A stretch of DNA of 40,035 bases from a virus, in the UHGV virus genome UHGV-0090445, one strand, 5' to 3'. How positions within the stretch are numbered: the stretch's first letter is position 1; each line of letters opens with the position of its first letter. The notes under the pieces are model-generated. The model worked only from the letters and a program-made list of their open reading frames with translations, was not told where the DNA came from and searched no databases. Of this stretch, positions 35,468 through 40,035 are shown in pieces. The position numbers and the translations under genes are program-made.

Positions 35468-36175
35468 ATGGATTTGAATAAATTCGATGAGCCATTCAGC
35501 CACGAAGATATCGAATGGCGAATACAGCAAAGCGGTAAAACACGCGATGGCAAGGTGTGGGCTATGGTGCTGGCTTATGTCACGAACCGGGCAATCATGA
35601 AACGCCTGGACGATGTTTGCGGCAAAGCAGGATGGCGCAATGAATACCGCGATATTCCCAACAACGGCGGAGTTGAATGCGGCATATCAATCAAGATTGA
35701 TTCCGAATGGGTAACCAAATGGGATGCTGCTGAAAACACGCAGGTAGAAGCCGTCAAAGGTGGTCGTTCCGGTGCAATGAAGCGCGCTGCCGTTCAGTGG
35801 GGAATCGGTCGGTATCTGTATAACCTTGAGGAAGGTTTCGCACAAACATCTCTCGATAAAAAGCATGGGTGGCACAGGGCAAAACTGAAGGATGGAACAG
35901 GATTTTACTGGCTCCCTCCATCGCTTCCGGGATGGGCAATCCCAGCATCAGATAACAAACCATCACCAGAAAATATCAACCAGAAATCTCCATCGGTTGA
36001 CTGCGAACAAATCCTGAAAGACTTCAGCGATTATGCGTCAACAGAAACTGACAAGAAAAAACTCATCGAGCGTTATCAGCATGACTGGCAATTAATGGCT
36101 GGCAATGAGGATGCGCAGGCTAAATGCGTTCAGGTAATGAACATCAGAGTTAACGAACTAAAACAGGCGGCATAA
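35468..36175 (+). CDS. Single-strand annealing protein: Rad52/Sak-like N-terminal domain fused to P22 Erf-like C-terminal tail
   Basis: 235 aa; N-terminal region (GKVWAMVLAYVTNRAIMKRLDDVCG...AMKRAAVQWGIGRYLYNL) Rad52/Sak-like; C-terminal ...QILKDFSDYASTETDKKKLIERYQHDWQLMAGNEDAQAKCVQVMNIRVNELKQAA matches remembered P22 Erf C-terminus. Confidence 0.8.
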   Translation: MDLNKFDEPFSHEDIEWRIQQSGKTRDGKVWAMVLAYVTNRAIMKRLDDVCGKAGWRNEYRDIPNNGGVECGISIKIDSEWVTKWDAAENTQVEAVKGGRSGAMKRAAVQWGIGRYLYNLEEGFAQTSLDKKHGWHRAKLKDGTGFYWLPPSLPGWAIPASDNKPSPENINQKSPSVDCEQILKDFSDYASTETDKKKLIERYQHDWQLMAGNEDAQAKCVQVMNIRVNELKQAA

Positions 36176-36643
36176 ATGTCTCACTTGGACGGAATTATTA
36201 AAAGATTCGAGTCCAGCTACAAAGTTAATGAAACAACAGGTTGCTGGGAGTCTACCTATTCAAAAAACAAAGGAGGATACACAAAATTTGTAGCCTTTGG
36301 CGTAACAATGCTTTCTCATCGGGTTGCTTTTGAGCTTTATCACTCCCCCATTCCATCTGGGAAGATGGTTTGCCACAAATGCGATAACCCATGCTGCGTT
36401 AATCCTGAACATCTCTTTTTAGGTAGCGCGCAAGAAAACATGGACGACAAGATAGCAAAAGGAAGGCATCGTGGAGCCAAGAAAGGTCATGCTCATCATG
36501 GTGCAAAATTAACAGAGTGGCAGGTTATAGAAATTAGGAAAAGACTCTCTGAAAAAGAGAGTCAGTACAAGATAGCAAAAGACATGGGTGTATCTCAATC
36601 AATTATAAGCAACATAAAAACTGGCAAGAGGTGGAGAAAATGA
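36176..36643 (+). CDS. HNH homing endonuclease with C-terminal HTH-like region, insertion between annealing protein and SSB
   Basis: 155 aa; Cys/His-rich HNH-like core ([26 protein letters not shown]); C-terminal [22 protein letters not shown]; stop overlaps ssb start (ATGA). Confidence 0.8.
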   Translation: MSHLDGIIKRFESSYKVNETTGCWESTYSKNKGGYTKFVAFGVTMLSHRVAFELYHSPIPSGKMVCHKCDNPCCVNPEHLFLGSAQENMDDKIAKGRHRGAKKGHAHHGAKLTEWQVIEIRKRLSEKESQYKIAKDMGVSQSIISNIKTGKRWRK

Positions 36644-37146
36644 GTTCTCGCGGGATAAATAAGGTGATTATCCTTGGTCGGGTAGGACAAGACCCGGAAG
36701 TTCGATACTCACCATCAGGAACAGCGTTCGCTAACCTGACAATAGCCACGTCAGAACAATGGCGAGATAAAAATACTGGCGAGCAAAAGGAATTGACTGA
36801 ATGGCATCGTGTTGCTGTATCCGGGAAACTGGCTGAGGTCGTGGGGCAGTATGTGAAAAAAGGTGATCAGATTTATTTCGAGGGAATGCTGAGAACCAGA
36901 AAGTGGAAAGACCAGTCAGGGCAAGACCGTTACACAACCGAGGTTCATGTCGGAATTAATGGCGTGATGCAAATGCTTGGCAGCATTGGCGACAGCAAAC
37001 AACAAGCAGCCAGCAGGCAATCACAGAAGCCACAGCAGCAATCATCACCAGCACAACACAACGAACCTCCGATGGATTTTGACGACGATATACCCTTTGC
37101 ACCAGTAACTCTCCCCTTCCCTCGTCACGCTATTCACGCAATTTAA
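36640..37146 (+). CDS. ssb: Single-stranded DNA-binding protein with C-terminal extension past the DDDIPF tip
   Basis: [23 protein letters not shown]...[15 protein letters not shown]...[18 protein letters not shown] close to E. coli-type SSB; ends ...MDFDDDIPF then 15 further residues ([15 protein letters not shown]). Confidence 0.85.
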   Translation: MSSRGINKVIILGRVGQDPEVRYSPSGTAFANLTIATSEQWRDKNTGEQKELTEWHRVAVSGKLAEVVGQYVKKGDQIYFEGMLRTRKWKDQSGQDRYTTEVHVGINGVMQMLGSIGDSKQQAASRQSQKPQQQSSPAQHNEPPMDFDDDIPFAPVTLPFPRHAIHAI

Positions 37147-37159
37147 TCAGGAGAAAATC

Positions 37160-37456
37160 ATGCCAGCGCCTCAGTATGGTGCGGATGACCCGCGCCGCTG
37201 TTCCGGCAATTCCGTATCGGAGGTGCTGGATAAATTCAGGAAAAACTACGACCGGATAATGTCGCTACCGCAGGAAACGAAAGAGGAAAAGGAATTTCGC
37301 CATTGTATATGGCTTGCAGAGAAAGAAGAACGCGAGCGAATTTACCAGACATCAATCCGACCATTCCGCAAAGCCACATATACCAACTTCCCTGAATATA
37401 TCGACCCGCGCCTGCGTAATTACCGCTCACGATATGGCGCTATCAGTAATGACTGA
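37160..37456 (+). CDS. Hypothetical protein (98 aa)
   Basis: ORF from track, co-directional early-left gene; no family recognised. Confidence 0.5.
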   Translation: MPAPQYGADDPRRCSGNSVSEVLDKFRKNYDRIMSLPQETKEEKEFRHCIWLAEKEERERIYQTSIRPFRKATYTNFPEYIDPRLRNYRSRYGAISND

Positions 37457-37634
37457 GGAATTTACCATGAGAGGACTTGCATACAATCCCGGCATTCTTC
37501 CGGCAGAAATGATTATTCGCCAACGCGTAAAGCCAATGCCATCGAGAGAGGAATTGCTTAAGAGAAAGAGTTTCGGTTCTGTTAACGACAACAGATATCT
37601 GAATGCGACGTGGCGCAAAGGAGGCAACCAGTGA
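37449..37634 (+). CDS. Small hypothetical protein (about 55-61 aa)
   Basis: In-frame C-terminal part of track ORF 37314..37634; ATG at 37449 overlaps the previous stop, alternative ATG 37467 with SD GAGGA; its stop TGA overlaps the next GTG start. Confidence 0.4.
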   Translation: MTEEFTMRGLAYNPGILPAEMIIRQRVKPMPSREELLKRKSFGSVNDNRYLNATWRKGGNQ

Positions 37635-37885
37635 GTAATTCAGCACGACTACAGCTTGGTTTTTCACCGCTATCAAAAACTATCATGCTGGCAAAAATGC
37701 GCGATGTTGAAGGTGGGCGTATGCGCGTTGGCAATGATCCAGGTCGTGATGTTACCAATGAGGCTGCTCAATTGGTGTGGCGACTGGTCATGGTTGAAGG
37801 TGGTGAGATCGCGTGGGAGCTGGATGATGGTTCTCGCATGGTGTTGAAGGCAGAAAAGCAGGAGGCAACCAGTGAGCCAGATTGA
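37631..37885 (+). CDS. Hypothetical protein (84 aa, GTG start)
   Basis: GTG at 37631 preceded by AAGGAGG (37618..37624) with 6-nt spacing; track ORF 37610..37885. Confidence 0.5.
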   Translation: MSNSARLQLGFSPLSKTIMLAKMRDVEGGRMRVGNDPGRDVTNEAAQLVWRLVMVEGGEIAWELDDGSRMVLKAEKQEATSEPD

Positions 37886-38408
37886 TTATCAGGCACTGCG
37901 TGCTAAGGCAGAAAAAGCAACGTGTGGCGAGTGGTCGCTCGAATATGGAGAGAGCCGATTTGATTGTGATGATGCGCTAATTCATCGTGACATTGTTGGA
38001 TATCTTCCCATTTGCAGAATTGAAGGAGCGCATCCTGAAAGCGGTTTCGATGAAGATTTCCAAACTGAACAGCAGGCCAATGCTGAATTCATCGCCGCAG
38101 CCAATCCGGCTACCGTGCTGGCACTACTGGATGAACGGGAAAGGAACCAGCAATACATCAAACTCCGCGATCAGGAGAACGAGGAAATTGCGCTAACGGT
38201 AGGGAAGCTGCGTGTTGAGCTGGAAGCCGCAGAGAAGCGCATTGCAGAACTGGAAGCACGGGAGGTTGTACTGCCGCGTGCGCACGATGTTCACCCATTA
38301 GGGCCGCAGTCGGCGAAAATTTTTTGTGAGTTTCACCGGAGTATCGTGAACAGATGCGCCGATGAGATTCGCAAGGTTGGCGTCAAAGTCAGCATCAAGG
38401 GGAATTAG
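37872..38408 (+). CDS. Ead/Ea22-like protein
   Basis: 178 aa, GTG start preceded by AGGAGG; motif QQANAEFIAAANPATVLALLDERE followed by coiled-coil-like segment, typical of Ea22-like proteins as I recall them. Confidence 0.65.
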   Translation: MSQIDYQALRAKAEKATCGEWSLEYGESRFDCDDALIHRDIVGYLPICRIEGAHPESGFDEDFQTEQQANAEFIAAANPATVLALLDERERNQQYIKLRDQENEEIALTVGKLRVELEAAEKRIAELEAREVVLPRAHDVHPLGPQSAKIFCEFHRSIVNRCADEIRKVGVKVSIKGN

Positions 38409-38412
38409 GGAT

Positions 38413-39123
38413 ATGGCTGAACTAACCAAAGAATGGCTGAAGCAAACTATCGCTGAATACGAAGCCAATCGTGATGAATTACCGTTTGGACTGGATACCA
38501 ACAGTGCCATTGGGCTTCAGGCGTTCAAGTTGGCGCTGGCATCACTGGAAGCAGAGCCGGTGGCGTGGAAGGCAACCTTCACGCAAATTAACCATGAATG
38601 TAATACGTTCACCCTTATGAATTCTGACAAAGCAGAAATCGAACGGTGGGTGCGACTGCATAAAGTAGGTGATTTTCGGGCAGAAATAACACCGCTTTAC
38701 GCAGCGCCGCCAGCGATGGTAGTGCCTGATGAAATGGATTTACTTACCTGCCATCTCGACGGTGTAACTGAAACATATGCTGATGGCTGGAACGCCTGCC
38801 GTGTCGCCATGCTTCAGTCCGGAAACTTTCGGGATAATAAGAATTCGTCAACCAACAATTTTCGGGAAATCCCGGAAACGTCAACCAGCTCTCCGGGAAC
38901 TCCGGCTGGCTGGATAAGCTGTAGTGAGCGAATGCCTGAAAAGAACCAGAACGTGCTTATTTCGGTGAATTTCGATAGCTCTCTGGTTGAACCGCTAATA
39001 TGCTCCGCACGCTATACCGGAAGCACCTTTCGACGCGGAGATGCAACGATTAAGCCGGGTAATGGTATTGAGCAAGCAACCCACTGGATGCCGCTACCAG
39101 AACCGCCGCAGGAGATGAAGTAA
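38413..39123 (+). CDS. Hypothetical protein with DUF551-like C-terminal region
   Basis: Internal start ATG 38413 (MAELTKEWLKQ...) of ORF 38362..39123; C-terminal WISCSERMPEKNQNVLISVNFD...WMPLPEPP resembles DUF551-type phage domains. Confidence 0.55.
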   Translation: MAELTKEWLKQTIAEYEANRDELPFGLDTNSAIGLQAFKLALASLEAEPVAWKATFTQINHECNTFTLMNSDKAEIERWVRLHKVGDFRAEITPLYAAPPAMVVPDEMDLLTCHLDGVTETYADGWNACRVAMLQSGNFRDNKNSSTNNFREIPETSTSSPGTPAGWISCSERMPEKNQNVLISVNFDSSLVEPLICSARYTGSTFRRGDATIKPGNGIEQATHWMPLPEPPQEMK

Positions 39124-39401
39124 TGGACTCCTTCGCGAAATATACGATTATTGACTGGATTGCCTTCCTTCAGGTTTTGCTCATCTGGTTTTATATGGCT
39201 TACAGGAGTGGGCAGTGGATTGTCAGTGTAGCCTGTAGCAAGGGATGGCGTTGGTGGAACAGAAAGAATAAAAAAGCACTGGCATTGGATTCGTTTTACG
39301 AAGCATTCAATCTTAACAGCCTTCAGCCTGGTTCTGTCATTGTAGTCCCCACTCAAAGCGGCATGACCATTCAGATTCATAAACCAAAAGAGGAAAAATG
39401 A
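39123..39401 (+). CDS. Hypothetical protein (92 aa) with one hydrophobic segment
   Basis: ORF from track; start overlaps preceding stop. Confidence 0.5.
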   Translation: MDSFAKYTIIDWIAFLQVLLIWFYMAYRSGQWIVSVACSKGWRWWNRKNKKALALDSFYEAFNLNSLQPGSVIVVPTQSGMTIQIHKPKEEK

Positions 39402-39487
39402 TGTGGCCTATATGTGTTAATTGCGGACGGATGTGCCTATCTGGATGGTGCCGAAAGTGCGACAAATGCACGAAGAAAAGACAATAA
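39398..39487 (+). CDS. Small Cys-rich ORF (29 aa), possible zinc-binding peptide
   Basis: ATG overlaps previous stop (ATGA); MMWPICVNCGRMCLSGWCRKCDKCTKKRQ; too short for the ORF track. Confidence 0.25.
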   Translation: MMWPICVNCGRMCLSGWCRKCDKCTKKRQ

Positions 39488-39490
39488 CAA

Positions 39491-39517
39491 TCCTCGCACT
39501 CGCGGGGATTTCTTTTA
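39491..39517 (+). terminator. Intrinsic terminator
   Basis: CCTCGC-ACTC-GCGGGG followed by ATTTCTTTTAT. Confidence 0.4.
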
Positions 39518-39559
39518 TCTGAACTCGCTACGGCGGGTTTTGTTTTATGGAGATGATAA

Positions 39560-39727
39560 ATGCACTTCCGAGTCACAGGTGAATGGAATGGAGAGCCATT
39601 CAACAGAGTTATCGAAGCAGAGGACATCAATGACTGCTATAACCACTGGATGATATGGGCGCAGATAGCAAATGCAGACGTAACCAATATTCGAATTGAA
39701 GAACTGAAAGAACACCAATCCGCCTGA
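39560..39727 (+). CDS. Small hypothetical protein (55 aa)
   Basis: SD GGAG 7 nt upstream of ATG 39560; stop lies inside a terminator hairpin. Confidence 0.35.
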   Translation: MHFRVTGEWNGEPFNRVIEAEDINDCYNHWMIWAQIANADVTNIRIEELKEHQSA

Positions 39728-39740
39728 TGGCGGTTTTTTA
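39720..39740 (+). terminator. Intrinsic terminator upstream of xis
   Basis: CCGCC-TGAT-GGCGG followed by TTTTTTATT. Confidence 0.5.
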
Positions 39741-39784
39741 TTGCCTGATTTGCAGGTTCGATTCCCTATTCGGAGATAGCACTC

Positions 39785-39985
39785 ATGCAACACGAACTAC
39801 AACCTGATTCACTGGTTGATTTGAAATTCATCATGGCTGATACTGGCTTTGGTAAAACCTTCATCTATGACCGGATTAAGTCCGGCGACCTGCCAAAAGC
39901 CAAAGTTATCCACGGGCGAGCAAGATGGTTATATCGTGACCATTGTGAATTCAAAAATAAGCTCTTAAGCCGCGCCAATGGGTAA
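39785..39985 (+). CDS. xis: AlpA-family excisionase / integrase regulator
   Basis: 66 aa; LVDLKFIMADTGFGKTFIYDRIKSGDLPKAKVIHGRARWLYRDHCEF is typical of AlpA/Xis-type winged-helix proteins encoded just upstream of P4-like integrases. Confidence 0.8.
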   Translation: MQHELQPDSLVDLKFIMADTGFGKTFIYDRIKSGDLPKAKVIHGRARWLYRDHCEFKNKLLSRANG

Positions 39986-40035
39986 AATAGCGGGTAAAAT
40001 ATTTCTCACATCTAAAAAACACCATTCCAATCAAT

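Overview
The whole 40 kb window reads as one essentially complete temperate P22-like (Sf6/HK620-type) podovirus genome with lambda-type regulatory and lysis modules; I see no host flanking DNA, tRNA, rRNA or CRISPR. All calls are from reading the sequence and the ORF track against remembered protein families; nothing was searched or computed. Layout: integrase (+) at the left edge, then a minus-strand late block: tailspike, an immI-like accessory region (two Mnt-like, Arc, two antirepressors, an AT-rich membrane protein at the SieA position), ejection proteins gp16/gp20/gp7, gp14, tail needle, gp10, gp4, coat, scaffold, portal, TerL, TerS, small accessory ORFs, a KilA-N protein, then lambda-like Rz/Rz1, R, S and antiterminator Q. 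Continuing on the minus strand: nin region (NinH, RusA, HNH endonuclease, YbcO-like, Rha antirepressor, NinF, NinE, NinB), a tR2-like terminator, primase-helicase, an initiator gene carrying four origin iterons, CII, nutR and Cro. The plus-strand early-left operon follows: CI-type repressor, pL, nutL, N, acidic AT-rich small proteins, a DUF1351-like protein, CIII, Kil, a Rad52/Sak-Erf chimeric annealing protein, a second HNH endonuclease, SSB, Ea22-like and DUF551-like proteins, and an AlpA-type excisionase at the right edge. Excisionase at one end and integrase at the other, with GGGTAAAA repeats at both ends, suggest a circularly permuted phage genome. Candidates most worth follow-up: two very acidic AT-rich early proteins (possible anti-defence), the AT-rich 4-TM membrane protein (possible superinfection exclusion), a sar-like antisense RNA in the duplicated immI region, two HNH insertions, a chimeric annealing protein and an SSB with an extended C-terminus.
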